The notes: generated from the letters alone by a model not told the origin. A DNA stretch of 63,042 bases, filler included, from Chiloscyllium plagiosum (GCF_004010195.1; 5 parts of one record of this genome joined end to end with filler, not necessarily neighbours in it), one strand, 5' to 3'; counted from the whole stretch's first letter, positions 25,904 to 39,200 are shown. Numbers and translations: made by a program.

Positions 25904-26149
25904 CATCTTTCGTCTAACTCGCTTTGTAAACAGCAGCGTCACGTTTGCTGTTTTCCAATCTGCTGGACTGCCCCAGAGTCCAGCAAATTTTGGAAAATTA
26001 CTGCAAGTTTCTGGGAGGTGTTTCCGGACGGTGTTTCCTGGAGTTATCTCTGGATGATATTTCCAGATGGTGCTTCTGGACGGTGTTTCTGGGAGGTATT
26101 TCCGGGTGGGGTCTCTGGATGATGTTTCCGGGAGGTGTTTCTGGATGGA

Positions 26150-26680
26150 CCACATGGCCTCGTTCTGTTTGGGAGGGATTCTCGATTCCTGGGGAAGTGG
26201 GGAGTAACCAGGAGTGTTGATGAGGGAAATGTATTGGATGTGGTCTAGATGGACTTCAACAAGGCTTTTGATAAGGTCCCTCATGGCAGACTGGCCCAGA
26301 AAGTAAGCGCCCATGGGATGCAAGACAATATGGCTGATTGGATCCAAAACTGGCCGAGAGGCAGGAAGAAGAGGCTGATGGTGCAAGGTTGTTTCTGTGA
26401 GTGGGAATCTGTTTCTATTGGGTTCCACACAGCCTGTACTGGTTGTGGTGTACATTAATGGTTTGGACTTGACAACACAGTGTTCAGGTGGTAAATAGTG
26501 AGGGAGAGAGCCATAAACTGCAGGAGGATATGGTCAGTGAACAGAGCAGTGACCAATGGAATTCACCCAGAAACGTGTGAGGTAATGCACTAAGGCCACA
26601 CTCATCAAGGGGTTACACTGAGAATGGGAGGACCCTGGAAAGTCCTGAAGATCAGAGGGATCTTGGTATAAATATCCACA
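26150..26680 (+). mobile_element. Decayed CR1 RT fragment
   Basis: MDFNKAFDKVPHGRL motif. Confidence 0.8.
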
Positions 26681-26699
26681 GATTACTACAGTAGCAATA

Positions 26700-27090
26700 C
26701 CTCCCCCACCCACACTCAGTAGCAGCAGTGTGTACCAGCTACAAGATGCACTGCAGAAATTCACCAAAGATCCTCAGACAGCACCTTCCAAACCCACAAC
26801 CACTTCCATCGAGAAGGACAAGGGCAGCAGGTACATGGGAACACCACCCCCTGCAAGTTCCCCTCCAAGCCCCTCACCATCCTGACTTGGAAATATATCG
26901 TCGTTCCTTCAGGGTCACTGGGTCAGAATCCTGGAATTCCCTCCCTAAGGGCATTGTGGGTCTACCCACAGCACATGGACTGCAGCGGTTCAAGAAGGCA
27001 GCTCACCCCCACCTTCTCAAGGGGCAACTAGGGACGGGGAATAAGTACTGGGTCCAGACAGTGACACCCATGAATGAGAATAAGAACAAA
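26700..27090 (+). mobile_element. 3' end of a second non-LTR family (CR1/L2-group, clade uncertain)
   Basis: VCTSYKMHC...SWNSLP...RFKKAAH; same tail at about 16165-16345 (+) and 2880-2995 (-). Confidence 0.7.
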
Positions 27091-27674
27091 ACACTTTTCC
27101 TCCCTCACTTCTCTTGGCAGTAAAGAAACAAATAGGCAGAGAAATATTTCATGACAGGCAAAGAATTTGTGATTGCAATTTTGCAGTTGCAAGAGAGAAT
27201 GGCTGCAATTGAACAGAAACCAGAAATGGGAGAAGGAACATGCGATGTTGTAACAAGGTCAAGGAGATTACTGTTAAAGTTTATCAGATAACATCTCAGT
27301 TGGCACTGATCCAAGTGATCAAGTTCAGTGCCAAAACCAACTCAGGCGCCTCACACTTAAGCACCAGACAGACTGAGTGAAAGCAGCCAACAGTGGACCC
27401 ACTTGAGTCTTGGTGAAAGTAAACCAACGACTGATCAGTGAGATTGATCAAATTGAGAGCAGTCTGCATCCCTGCTCATGCGCAGTTTGCGAAGAGAGTC
27501 ACCAGAAGCTTCAACAAGCACCTCAGGCAGACAGGCAGACAATCGGAGAATTCAACAATGGGGTTTCAGAACAGAAGCAGATGAATCGGTCCGTCATGTT
27601 CAAGTGCGGCTCCTCTTACCCCTCTCTATCTCCAGACAGTGAAAAATATATTATCAACAGATAATGACCCTATT

Positions 27675-28390
27675 GAACCTTCCCCTCCCCCCACACTCTC
27701 AGACAGTACTTTCCAGACCCTAACCCCTCAAGTGAACCTCCCCCTCCCCCACACTCTCAGACAGTACAANNNNNNNNNNNNNNNNNNNNNNNNNNNNNNN
27801 NNNNNNNNNNNNNNNNNNNNNNNNNNNNNNNNNNNNNNNNNNNNNNNNNNNNNNNNNNNNNNNNNNNNNNNNNNNNNNNNNNNNNNNNNNNNNNNNNNNN
27901 NNNNNNNNNNNNNNNNNNNNNNNNNNNNNNNNNNNNNNNNNNNNNNNNNNNNNNNNNNNNNNNNNNNNNNNNNNNNNNNNNNNNNNNNNNNNNNNNNNNN
28001 NNNNNNNNNNNNNNNNNNNNNNNNNNNNNNNNNNNNNNNNNNNNNNNNNNNNNNNNNNNNNNNNNNNNNNNNNNNNNNNNNNNNNNNNNNNNNNNNNNNN
28101 NNNNNNNNNNNNNNNNNNNNNNNNNNNNNNNNNNNNNNNNNNNNNNNNNNNNNNNNNNNNNNNNNNNNNNNNNNNNNNNNNNNNNNNNNNNNNNNNNNNN
28201 NNNNNNNNNNNNNNNNNNNNNNNNNNNNNNNNNNNNNNNNNNNNNNNNNNNNNNNNNNNNNNNNNNNNNNCAGTACACTCCAGACCGTAACCACTCGAGT
28301 GAACCACCCTTCCCTCACACTCTCAGACAGTACACTCCAGACCTTAACCCCTCGAGTGACCCTCCCCCTCTCCCCACATTCTCACACTCT
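27675..28390. repeat. 57/58-bp minisatellite flanking both sides of a gap
   Basis: acactctcagacagtac at 27693 and 27751; cagtacactcc at 28271 and 28328. Confidence 0.85.
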
Positions 28391-28543
28391 AACCCATTGC
28401 TCCATGAAAATGTATCTCTACTTCTCACCATTTTTTCTTTTGCCAATAACCTTAAAAATATGACCTGCTGTCATCGGTCTTTCCACCAATGGGAACAGTT
28501 TCTGTCAATCAATTCTGTCCAGCCAGCTGGTGGTTTTGAACAC

Positions 28544-28995
28544 CCCAATGGAATCAGTCTCCTTAATGGAGTCAGACTCCCCGATGGATTCAGACTCCCC
28601 GATGGAATCAGGCTCATTGATGGAATCAGACGCCCCGATAGATTCAGACTCACTGATGGAATCACACTCATTGATGGAATCAGACTCTCCGATGGAATCA
28701 GACTCCCTGATGGAATCAGACTCCTCGATGGAGTCAGCCTCATTGAAGGAATCAGACTGGCTGATGGAATCAGACTCATTGATGGAATCAGACTCTCCGA
28801 TGGAATCAGACTCAATGATGGAATCAGACTCCCCGATGGAATCAGACTCCATGATGGAATCAGAAACCCCGATGGAATCAGTCACCCCGATGGAATCAGT
28901 CTCCCCGATGGAATCAGACTCATTGATGAAATCTGACTCCCCGATGAAATCAGACTGCCTGCTGGAATCAGACACATTGATGGAATCAGACTCCC
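28544..28995. repeat. 18-bp minisatellite (GATGGAATCAGACTCCCC), about 25 copies, running into a gap
   Basis: Direct reading; yields DGIRLP/MESDSP pseudo-ORFs. Confidence 0.95.
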
Positions 28996-29649
28996 NNNNN
29001 NNNNNNNNNNNNNNNNNNNNNNNNNNNNNNNNNNNNNNNNNNNNNNNNNNNNNNNNNNNNNNNNNNNNNNNNNNNNNNNNNNNNNNNNNNNNNNNNNNNN
29101 NNNNNNNNNNNNNNNNNNNNNNNNNNNNNNNNNNNNNNNNNNNNNNNNNNNNNNNNNNNNNNNNNNNNNNNNNNNNNNNNNNNNNNNNNNNNNNNNNNNN
29201 NNNNNNNNNNNNNNNNNNNNNNNNNNNNNNNNNNNNNNNNNNNNNNNNNNNNNNNNNNNNNNNNNNNNNNNNNNNNNNNNNNNNNNNNNNNNNNNNNNNN
29301 NNNNNNNNNNNNNNNNNNNNNNNNNNNNNNNNNNNNNNNNNNNNNNNNNNNNNNNNNNNNNNNNNNNNNNNNNNNNNNNNNNNNNNNNNNNNNNNNNNNN
29401 NNNNNNNNNNNNNNNNNNNNNNNNNNNNNNNNNNNNNNNNNNNNNNNNNNNNNNNNNNNNNNNNNNNNNNNNNNNNNNNNNNNNNNNNNNNNNNNCAGAG
29501 TCAATGGGCCGAAAGGCCTGATTCCGCGCCTATATCTTATGGTCCTAAGATTTTCCCTTTTATGAAGCGATGCTGTCTCTGATTGGTCGTGTACGTGTTT
29601 CGAAATGTTCTGTTATTCCATCTCTTATAATAGATCTTAACATGTTTCC

Positions 29650-29830
29650 AAAGTCAGAAGTCAATGACACCAGGTTATAGTCCAACAGGTTTATTTGAAA
29701 TCACAAGCTTTCAGTACCTGACCCTTTGTCATACGAAGTCTTCACCTGACGAAGGGACAGCGCTCCGAAAGCTTGTGATTTCAAATAAACCTATTGGACC
29801 ATAACTTGGTGCCATTGACTTCTGACTTTG
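29650..29830. mobile_element. Fold-back PLE terminal-repeat remnant with hammerhead motif at 29742-29778
   Basis: About 60-bp inverted arms; tcac-CTGACGA-agggacagcgctcc-GAAA-gctt-gtga. Confidence 0.75.
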
Positions 29831-29869
29831 TGCACCCCAGCCCAACACTGGCCCCTCCATGTCATGTTC

Positions 29870-31140
29870 CAACAGCAATGTTAAGTTAACTGGCCTTTAG
29901 TTCCTGTTCTTTGACCCCTCTTTTTTGAATGTTAAGTTGACAGCTTTGCAATCCTCTCGGACTTTTGCAGGATTTAAAGATTCTTAGAAGATAATGACCA
30001 GTGCATTCACTATTTCTGTAACTTCTTTAATATCTGAGAGTAAATCCCATCAAGTCCAGGGAACTGATTGCTGTTTAGTGCCATTTGTTTCCCAGCAACA
30101 TTTCTCAAGTCGTAGCTATTATATTTATTTCCTGTCTGCCTTTCGCCCCTTGAATATTTAGTATTTTAGAATGTTATTAGGTGTCTTTTACTGTGAAAAA
30201 TAATACAAAGTGTTTATTCAACTCCTTTGCCATTTCCTAGTTCCCCGTTGTTATTTCTCCAGCCTCATTCTCTAAGGGGCCTATGTCCACTTCACCTTCT
30301 CATTTTAAAGGATTGCACACTCTGGAGGCAGGAAACATGTTTCCGCTGATGGGTGAGTCCCGAACCAGAGGACACAGCTTAAAAATATGGGGTAGACCAT
30401 TTAGGACAGAGATGAGGAGAAACTTCTTCACCCAGAGAGTGGTGGGTGTGTGGAATGCTCTGCCCCAGGGGGCAGTGGAGGCCCAGTCTCTGGATTCATT
30501 TAAGAAAGAGTTGGATAGAGCTCTTAAGGATTGTGGAATCAAGCGTTATGGGGATAAGGCAGGAACAGGATACTGATTAAGGATGATCAGCCATGATTAT
30601 ATTGAATGGTGGTGCAGGCTCGAAGGGCAGAATGGCCTACTCCTGCACCTATTGTCTATGTCTCTTTCCGTTTTTATGTATTTAAAGAAGCTCTTGCTGT
30701 ATATTTCTGTATTAATTGCAAGTTTACTCTGGTGGTTTATTTTCCAGTCATTTATTTTTACATTTAAAACTTTCCCAAATCCTCTGGTTTACCACTAATC
30801 TGTGCCACATTGTAGGATTTTTTTTTCAATTTATTACTATTCTTAACTTTCCTGGTTAACCACAATCAGTACCCCTGCCTAGAATCCTTCTTCCTCACTG
30901 GGTTACATATTTGCTGTGTGTCATGGTCTATATTCTTAAACATCTGTCAATCTTTTGGAACAGTTTGTTGTCAAACACCTTTCTAAGTCCAGTCCAGCCA
31001 GCTCGGCTTCATCCCATTGTAATGATCCTTGTTTAAGTTCAGTACATTGTTATAGATCCATGTTTCTCACTCTCAAACTGAGTGCTAAATATGTTATTAT
31101 CCTTTAGTATCGTTTACTTCTAAATCATTTATTAAACTTT
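29870..31140 (-). mobile_element. Heavily decayed CR1 ORF2 with a nested plus-strand CR1 3' end (30300-30662)
   Basis: Nested ORF RRNFFTQRVVGVWNALP; flanks resemble the CR1 at 34715-36070. Confidence 0.7.
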
Positions 31141-31149
31141 GAGTTACCA

Positions 31150-31436
31150 ACACCTACAGCACAGAGACAGGCCCTTTGGCCCAAACTGGTCCATGCCGAC
31201 CAAAATGTCCACCCACTCTAACCCCATTTCCCTGCACTTGGCCCATATCCTTCTAATCCTTTCCTATCCATGTATTTGTCCAACTGCCTTTTAAATGTTG
31301 TTAATGGACCCGCTTCAACCACTTCCGCTGGCAGCTCATTCCATATGCGTACCACCCTCTGTGTAAAAACGTTACCCCTCAGGTTCCCTTTTATTCTTTC
31401 CTCTCTAACCTTAAACTGATGCCCTCTCATCCTCGA
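31150..31436 (-). mobile_element. CR1 3' end, same subfamily as 1410-1690
   Basis: NVFTQRVVRIWNELP...GLEGYGPSAGKWG. Confidence 0.9.
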
Positions 31437-31461
31437 TTGGAGGCAGTTCTGAAAGGGGGCA

Positions 31462-31668
31462 GTGAGGACTGCAGATGCTGGAGATCGGAGTCGAGGGTGT
31501 GGTGCTGGAAAAACACAGCAGGTCAGGCAGCATGCGAGGAGCAGGAGGGTCAACGTTTTGGGCATAGGCCTGATTTCGAATGACGGGCTAATGCCCGAAA
31601 CGTTGACTCTCCTGCTCCTCGGATGCTGCCTGACCTGCTGTGTTTTTCCAGCGCCACGCTCTTCAGCT
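31462..31668. mobile_element. Inverted pair of PLE terminal fragments (hairpin)
   Basis: Arms of about 75 bp (31498-31570 and 31585-31658) are inverted homologues meeting at degenerate hammerhead cores. Confidence 0.8.
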
Positions 31669-31704
31669 TTGAGAGGGGGAACTAGAATAATTCCAAAGAT
31701 GAAA

Positions 31705-33153
31705 GTTCATAAGGCAATAAGATAAAAGAGCAGTATTAGGCCATTCAGCCCATTGGATCTGCTTCGCTATTCAATCATGGCTGATACGTTTCTCAACCCC
31801 ATTCTGCTGCCTTCTCTCTGTAACCCCTTACTAATCTAGAACCTATCCACCTCTGTCTTAAATACACTCAATGACCTTGGCCTCCACAGTCCTCTGCAGC
31901 AATGAGTTCTACAGATTCCCGCACCCTCTGGCTAAAGAAATCCCTCCTCATCTCAGTTCTAATGGGTTGTCCCTTCACTCTGAGGCTGTGCTCTTGGGTC
32001 CTGCTCTCTCCCACTGACAGAAACATCTTCTCCACGTCCACTCTATCCAGGCCTCTCAGTATTCTGTACGTTTCCATTAGATTCTCTTCATCCGTTGTAA
32101 CAGGTATAGATGCAGGGTCCTCAACCGCTCCTCATGTGACAGGATCATTCTTGTAAACTTCCTCTGACCCCCCTCCAAGGCACCACATCGTTCCTTAGAC
32201 ACAGGGCACAAAACTGCTCTCAATATTCCAAATGCTGTCTGACCAGACCCTTAAGCAGCCTCAGCAGTTCATCTCTGTTCTTGTATTCTAACCCTCTTGA
32301 AATGAATGCTAATATTACATTTGCCTTTCTAACTGTGAACTCAACCTGCATGTTAGCCTGAAGAGAATTCTGAACTCAAACTCATAAGTCCCTTTTTACT
32401 TCAGATTTCCAAAGCCTCTCTCCATTAAGAAAATAGTCTCTGTCTCTTTTCTTCCGACCAAAGTGCATACCCTCACACTTTCCTGTATTATATTCCATCT
32501 GTCACCTCCTTTGCCCACTCTCCCAGCCTGTCCAAGTTTACTTTCCTGAAGAAGGGCTTATGCCCGAAATGTCGATTCTCCTGTTCCCTGGATGCTGCCT
32601 GACCTGCTGCGCTTTTCCAGCAACACATTTTCAGCCAAGTCCTTCTGTACCCTCCCCACTTCCTCAACACTACCTGTCCCTCCACCTACCTTGTGTGATC
32701 TGCAAACTTAGCGACAATGTCCTCAGTTCCTTTGTCCTGAGCATTAGTGTATAATGTGAACAGTTGTGGTCCCATCATTGACCCCTCAAGATCTGCACGA
32801 GTCACCGGCTGCCATTCTGAAAAAGACCCCTTTATCCCTACTCTCTGCCTTAGAACACAGAACATAGAACATAGAACATAGAACATAGAAGAATACAGCG
32901 CAGTACAGGCCCTTCGGCCCTCGATGTTGCGCCGATCCAAGCCCACCTAACCTACACTAGCCCACTATCCTCCATATGCCTATCCAATGCCCGCTTAAAT
33001 GCCCATAATGAGGGAGAGTCCACCACTGCTACTGGCAGGGCATTCCATGAACTCACGACACGCTGAGTAAAGAATCTACCCCTAACATCTGTCCTATACC
33101 TACACCCCCCTTAATTTAAAGCTATGCCCCCTCATAATAGCTGACTCCATACG
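31705..33153 (-). mobile_element. Two CR1 fragments (31705-32850; 32851-33153 with (TAGAACA)n tail) and a nested PLE fragment at about 32540-32634
   Basis: ETYRILRGLDRVD, AKFADHT motifs; ccaagt repeat flanks the PLE insert. Confidence 0.85.
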
Positions 33154-33154
33154 T

Positions 33155-34356
33155 GAGGAACTTGTTAAATGTGTTCAAGAAAGTTTTCTTTATCAAGATG
33201 AAGACGTCATACTAGGCAAGGAGTAAACCTGACCTCTTGAGAAATAAGGCAGATTGGAGTGTTATTGGGGAAGCTCTTTGGGACTAATAATCATAATTCT
33301 ATTAGTTTTAAAATAGTTATGGAAAAGGATAGGCCTTATATAAAAATTAAATTTCTTAATTGGATTAAGGCAAATTTTGAAGGCACGACACAAATAGTCT
33401 TTCGCAGGTAAAAGAATGGCTGGTAAGTGGGAGGCTTTCAAAAGTGAGATAATAAGAGTTCAGAGGCGTTACCTTATATGTCTGACTTAGAGGAAAGGGT
33501 AAGGCTAGTAAGAGTCAGGAACAATGGATAAAAATATTGAGACTCTGGCCAAAAATAGGAAGGAGGTATGTTAGGTATAAACAACTGAGATCAAATTATT
33601 CTCTTGCAGTGTATAAGGGGAGTAAGGACATTCTTAAGTGGGAAATCAGGAGGGCAAAAAATGGAGTTCGAGATGGTCTTGGCAGATTAGATTAAGGAGA
33701 ATCCAAAAGAGCAAAGAGCAACTGGGAAGAGAATAGAGCCACTTTAAATCAATGAGGTCATCAATGTGTGGAACTACAAGAGATGGGAGAAATACAAAAT
33801 AAATATTTCACATCAGTTTTTAATGTGGAGAAAGATAGGGAGGCTAGGCAACTCAGGGAAATCAGTATTGATATCTTGAAAACAGACAACATCACAGAAG
33901 AGGAGGTACTGGAGATCTTAAAAAAGATAAAGGTGGATAAATCTCTGGGACTTGATCAAGTGTATCCCAGGACATTGTGGAAAGTTGGGGAAGAAACTGT
34001 GTGGCCCCTAGCAGATATATTTGCATCAGCTATAGCCACACTTGAGAGGCTGAAGGACTGGAGGGTGGCTAATGGTGTGTCTTTATTTTTAAAAGGCTCT
34101 AAGGAGAAGCCTGGGAACTATTAATCAGTGAGTCTGATGTCAGTGATGGGTAAGTTGTTGGAGGGGATTCCAAGAGTTAGGATTTACGTGCATTTGGAGA
34201 GACAAGGACTGATTTGGAATTGTCAGTGAGGCTTTGTTGATGGGAAATTGTGTCTCATGAACTTGATTGAGTTGTTTTGAGTATGTAATCAAAAAGATTG
34301 ATGAGGGCAGAGTGGCAGACGTTGTCTACATGGACTTTAATACTGCCTTTGACAAG
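33155..34356 (+). mobile_element. Decayed CR1 ORF2 (linker to RT N-terminus)
   Basis: KVDKSLGLDQVYPRTL...DWRVAN...KPGNY; YMDFNTAFDK. Confidence 0.88.
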
Positions 34357-34456
34357 NNNNNNNNNNNNNNNNNNNNNNNNNNNNNNNNNNNNNNNNNNNN
34401 TTAATTAATTAANNNNNNNNNNNNNNNNNNNNNNNNNNNNNNNNNNNNNNNNNNNN

Positions 34457-36070
34457 CCATGTCTCTGTAATAGCCACAACATCGAAGTCCCAGGTACCAC
34501 CCCACGCTGCAAGTTCACCTACCTTATTTCGTATACTTCTTGCATTGAAGTATACACACTTCAAACCACTTTCCTGTTTACAGGCACCCTCCTTTGAAAT
34601 TGATGCCATGTTCCTAACCTCCCTACATTCCAGGTCCTGCACCCTAAAGCTACAGTCTGGGTTCCCATGCCCCTGCAGAGTTAGTTTAAACCCCCCCCCA
34701 AGAGCACTAGCAAACTGGCCTTCTGCCAGTCAGCCAATCCTCTCTTCATGCCAGTACCTTGTCACTAACACCATGGCTCTTATCTTACCCAGCAGCCTCC
34801 TGTGTGGCACCTCATCAAAGATCATGTCCTCTGCCTCTCCTTTGTCTAGCTTGCTCATTAACTCAATGAATTCTAACAGATTTGTCAGGCACGACCTCCC
34901 ATTGATGAAGCTATGCTGACTCAGCCCTATTTTCCCATGTGCTTCCAAGCACTCTGCAATCTCATCCTTAACATTGGGCTCTAAAATCTTACCAATGTCC
35001 GAGGTCAGGCTGACCTATAGTTTCCTGACTTCTGTCTCCCTCGCTTTTTCAACGGGAGTGTTACATTAGCCATTTTCCAGTCCTCAAGGACCCTCCCTGA
35101 CTCCAATGATTCCTGAAAGATCACCACCAATGCTGCTACCATCTCCTCAGTTACATCCTTCAGAGACCTGGGGTGTAACCCTTCTTGTCTGGGTAATTTA
35201 TCCACCTTTAGACCTTTCAACTTGCCCAGCACCTTCTCCTTACTATTGGCCACGGTACTTATGTCTACTCTCTCACTCTCTTGAAGTTCTGGTATGCTAC
35301 TTGTGTTTTCCACTGTGAAAACTGATGCAAAGTTCCTATTCAGCTCCTCCGCCATTTATTTCTTCCCCGTTGCTATAACTGCTATTGAGTGGTCCAATGC
35401 CCGCCCTTGGGCACATGCAGGTCCTTGGCCTCCTCCATCGCCAGACCATAGCAACACGACGCCTGGAGGAAGAACGCCTCATCTTCCGCCTAGGAACCCT
35501 CCAACCACAAGGGATGAATGCAGATTTCTCCAGCTTCCTCATTTCCCCTCCCCCCACCTTATCTCAGTCCCAACCCTCGGACTCAGCACCGCCTTCTTGA
35601 CCTGCAATCTTCTGACCTGCTGCGCTTTTCCAGCAACACATTTTTCAGCTCTGATCTCCAGCATCTGCGGTCCTCACTTTCTCCTTACCTCTCTCTTATC
35701 TTGTATATATCTAAAAAAATCTCTTGAAATCTCTTTTGATATTACAAGCTACCTCAGGTTCGTATTTCATTGTCTCATCCTTTTTGTTTGTTGAGTTATT
35801 CTCTGCTGGTTTTTAAAGGCTTCTCAATCCTCTGGCTTCCCATTAACCTTCACCAGGTCATATTTTCTTTTGTTTTTATGCTGCCCCTGACTTCCCCTGT
35901 CAGCCATGGCTGCCTCATCCTCCCCTTAGAATATTTCTTCTTCCTTGGGATGTATTTCTGCTCTGCCTCCCTAATTATCTCGGAAACCCCTGCCATTGCT
36001 GTTCCACCATGTTCCCCACTCGGCTCCCCTTCCAATCAACTCTGGCCAGCTCCTCACTCATGTCTTGGTC
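34457..36070 (-). mobile_element. CR1 ORF1/ORF2 fragments
   Basis: KCVYFNARSIRNKV; QHSFINGRSCLTNL; EDWKMANV. Confidence 0.85.
35395..35685 (+). mobile_element. Penelope-like 3' end (endonuclease C-terminus + terminal repeat)
   Basis: HMQVLGLLHRQTIATRRLEEERLIFRLGTLQPQGMN. Confidence 0.85.
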
Positions 36071-36207
36071 ATTAGTCAACTGGGTAGTCAGTTGGCTCAG
36101 TTAGTTGGAAAGGTAGTCTCTGATACACAGTGATGCCAACAGCTTGAGTTCAATTCCCACACTGGCTGAGATTACCATAAAAGGACCCTCCTTCTCAACC
36201 TCTCATT

Positions 36208-39200
36208 AGCTGTATGATGTGGGAGCTGGCTGATCCTGTTGTGAATGGCAGTGACCACATCTGCAGCAAGTGATGGTTGCTGGAGGAACTCCGGCTCAGA
36301 GTTGATGATCTAGAATCTTACCTCAAACACTGCGGCACATCCGGGAGGGGGAGAGTTACCTGGATGTTTTTTTTCAGGAGGCAGTCACACCTGGGAGATT
36401 AATTAATTCACATTCAGTCAGTGATCAGGAACAACAGGGTGTGACTGTAAGTGAGGCAGGTAGGAGGATCCTGAGTTCAGGAGTGGAGGAGTCTCAGCTC
36501 TTGACCTTATCCAACAGACATGAGGTACTTGCTCCCTGTGTCGATGAGGAAAAGGGCTGTGGGGGGGAACAAAAAGACAAGTAGTTGTTATAGGGGATTC
36601 TATAATTAGGGGGACAGATAGGATCCTTTGTGAGCCGGATCGGGAGTCCCGCATAGTGCGTTGCCTGCCCGGTGCCAGGGTGCAGGATATCTCCGACTGA
36701 CTTGAAAGGATATTGGAGCGGGAGAGAGACGATCCAGTTGTTGTGGACCACATTAGCACAAACAACATAGGCAAGGGTAGGATGGAGGACCCATTTGGGG
36801 ATTATCAAGCACTACGAATGAAATTAAGGATCAGATCCTTGAGGGCCATAATCTCCAGATTACTGCCCGAGCCACATGCAAATTGGATTAAGGATAAGGA
36901 AATTAAGGAAGTAATCACGTGGCTAAGGGAATGGTGTGGGCAAGAGGGGTTCCATTTCATTGGGCATTGGTATCAGTTTTGGAACTGGAGGGGTCTGTAT
37001 CAATGGGATGGTGTCCACCTGAACCGATTTGGAACCAGTGTTCTGGCGAAAAAGACAAATAAGGTGGTCACGAGGACATTAAACTTGTGATTCGGGGCAA
37101 GGGAAAGGGAAAACGACAGGGAGTATGATGATAAATATAAAGGAAAGCAGCAGTTTGATGTGTGTGGCAGGAGGGTTTAGGTTCAAGGCAGACTATAAAA
37201 GAAGCAAAAAGGAAGGATAGCTCAGGAAGTATTAGAGATGTTGTAAATCATGACGGTAAGAACGCCAGCATAAGGGCACGTTACCTGAATGCTCATGGCA
37301 TTCGTAACAAGGTCGATGAGTTAACAAATGAATGTGATTTAGTATCCTTTACCGAGACATGGTTACAGGATGGTCATGACTAAGAGTTAAATATCCAGGG
37401 GTATCAGACTGTTCAGAAGGACAGACAGGAAGGTATGGGAGGTGGTGTAGCTCTGATATTCAAGGACAACATCAGGGCGGTACTGAGAGATGATATTTTC
37501 TATGGAGAATAAGGTTAAACCTATTTGGGTGGAAATTAGAAATTTTAAGTAGAAAAAGTCACTGATCAACATAGTCTATAGGCCCCCAAATAATAACATC
37601 ACATTGGGATGGGCAATAAGCAAAGAAATAACTATTGCCTGTAAAAACAGAACAGCAATTATCATGGGGGGTTTTAATCTACATGTAGATTGGTCAAAGC
37701 AGCTCGGTCAGGGTAGCCTTGAGGAGGAGTTTGTTGAGTGTATCCGTGATAGCTTTTTAAACAGTATGTAATGGAACTGACGAGGGAGCAAGCTATCCTA
37801 GATCTGGTCCTGTGTAATGAGACAGGAATAAATGAATGACCTCATAGTCAGGGCTCCTCTTGAATGGAGCGATCACAGTATGGCTGAATTTAGAATACAG
37901 ATGGAGAGCGTGAAGGGCTGATGAAGGACTTTTGCCCGAAACGTCGATTTTACTGCTCCTCGGATGCTGCCTGAACTGCTGTGCTCTTCCAGCTCCACTA
38001 ATCCAGAGTGTGAAGATAAAATCCAATACCAGGATCCTGTGCTGAAACAAGGGAGACTGCAATAGAATGAGGGAGGACTTGGCTAAAGGAGACTGGAAAC
38101 AAAGGTTTTATGGTGGGACAGTTGGCGAGCAGTGGGGGACTTTCAAAGCAATTTTTCAAAGTGCTCAGTGAAAGAATATTCCAGTGAGAAAGAAGGATAG
38201 TAAGAGGGAGGGGTAATCGGCCATGGGGGTCTGAGGAAGGACGGTAAGAGGGAGGGGTAATCGGCCATGAGGGTCTGAGGAAGGACGGTAAGAGGGAGGG
38301 GTAATCGGTCATGGGGGTCTAAGGAAGGACTGTACGAGGGTGGGGTAATCGGCCATGGGGGTCTGAGGAAATAAAGCAGGCTATGAAAGTGAAAAAGAAG
38401 GCATAAAAAGTGGCCAAAAACAGCAGGAGTCTAGAAGATTGGGAAAACTTTAAAGATGAACAGAAAGCCACAAAAAGAGCTATAAAGAAAAGTAAGATAG
38501 GGTTTGAGAAAAGACCAGCACAGAGTATAAACCCAGATAGCAAAAGTTTCTATAAATATATAAACGAAGAAGGGTGGCTAAATTAAACCTTGGTCCTTTA
38601 GAGGATGAGAAGGGGCAGTTAGTTATGGGATATGGTGAAATGGCTGATGCATTGAATAGGTGCTTTGTATTGGTCTTCACAGTGGGGGACACTAATAACA
38701 TGCCAGTAAGTGACAAAGAGAGGAAGGTAGGTGAGGATCTGAGAACAATTATTATTATGGACGAGTTAGTGTTGGGTAAGCTAATGGAACTAAGGATAGA
38801 TAAGTCTCCTGGTCCTGATTGAATGCATCCCAGGGTGCTAAAAGAGATGGCAGGAGAAATAGCAGGTGGACTGGCGGTAATTTTCCAAAATTCGTTGAAC
38901 TCTGAGGCAGTACCAGCAGATTGGAAAACAGCAAATGTGACGGCACTGTTTAAAAAGGGAGGTAGACAAAAGATGGGGAATTATAGAGCAGTGAGCTTAA
39001 CCTCTGTAGTGGGGAAGATACTTGGCCCATTATCAAGGAAGAAACAATAGGGCATCTCGAATGAAATTGTCCCATTGTACAGACTCAGCATGGGTTCATG
39101 AGGGCAGGTCATGCTTCACAAATCCTTTGAAATTCTATGAAGACATTTCAAGCAAGGTGGACAATGGGGACCCCGTGGATGTGATGTACCTACATTTCCA

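Larger units (their letters stand above)
24380..26005 (-). mobile_element. CR1 RT fragment inserted into the satellite, with two nested HE1 SINE fragments
   Basis: [34 protein letters not shown] motifs. Confidence 0.9.
17384..26148. repeat. 13-bp degenerate satellite (GGTGTTTCCGGAC)n in three blocks: 17384-17797, 19872-24378, 26008-26148
   Basis: Direct reading; blocks separated by two CR1 insertions; source of the VFPDGVSGRCFR pseudo-ORFs. Confidence 0.95.

Noticed and set aside
28397..28995. DGIRLP hexapeptide-repeat or Ser/Asp-rich protein
   Set aside because: 18-bp minisatellite open in several frames on both strands; no non-repeat domain or splice context
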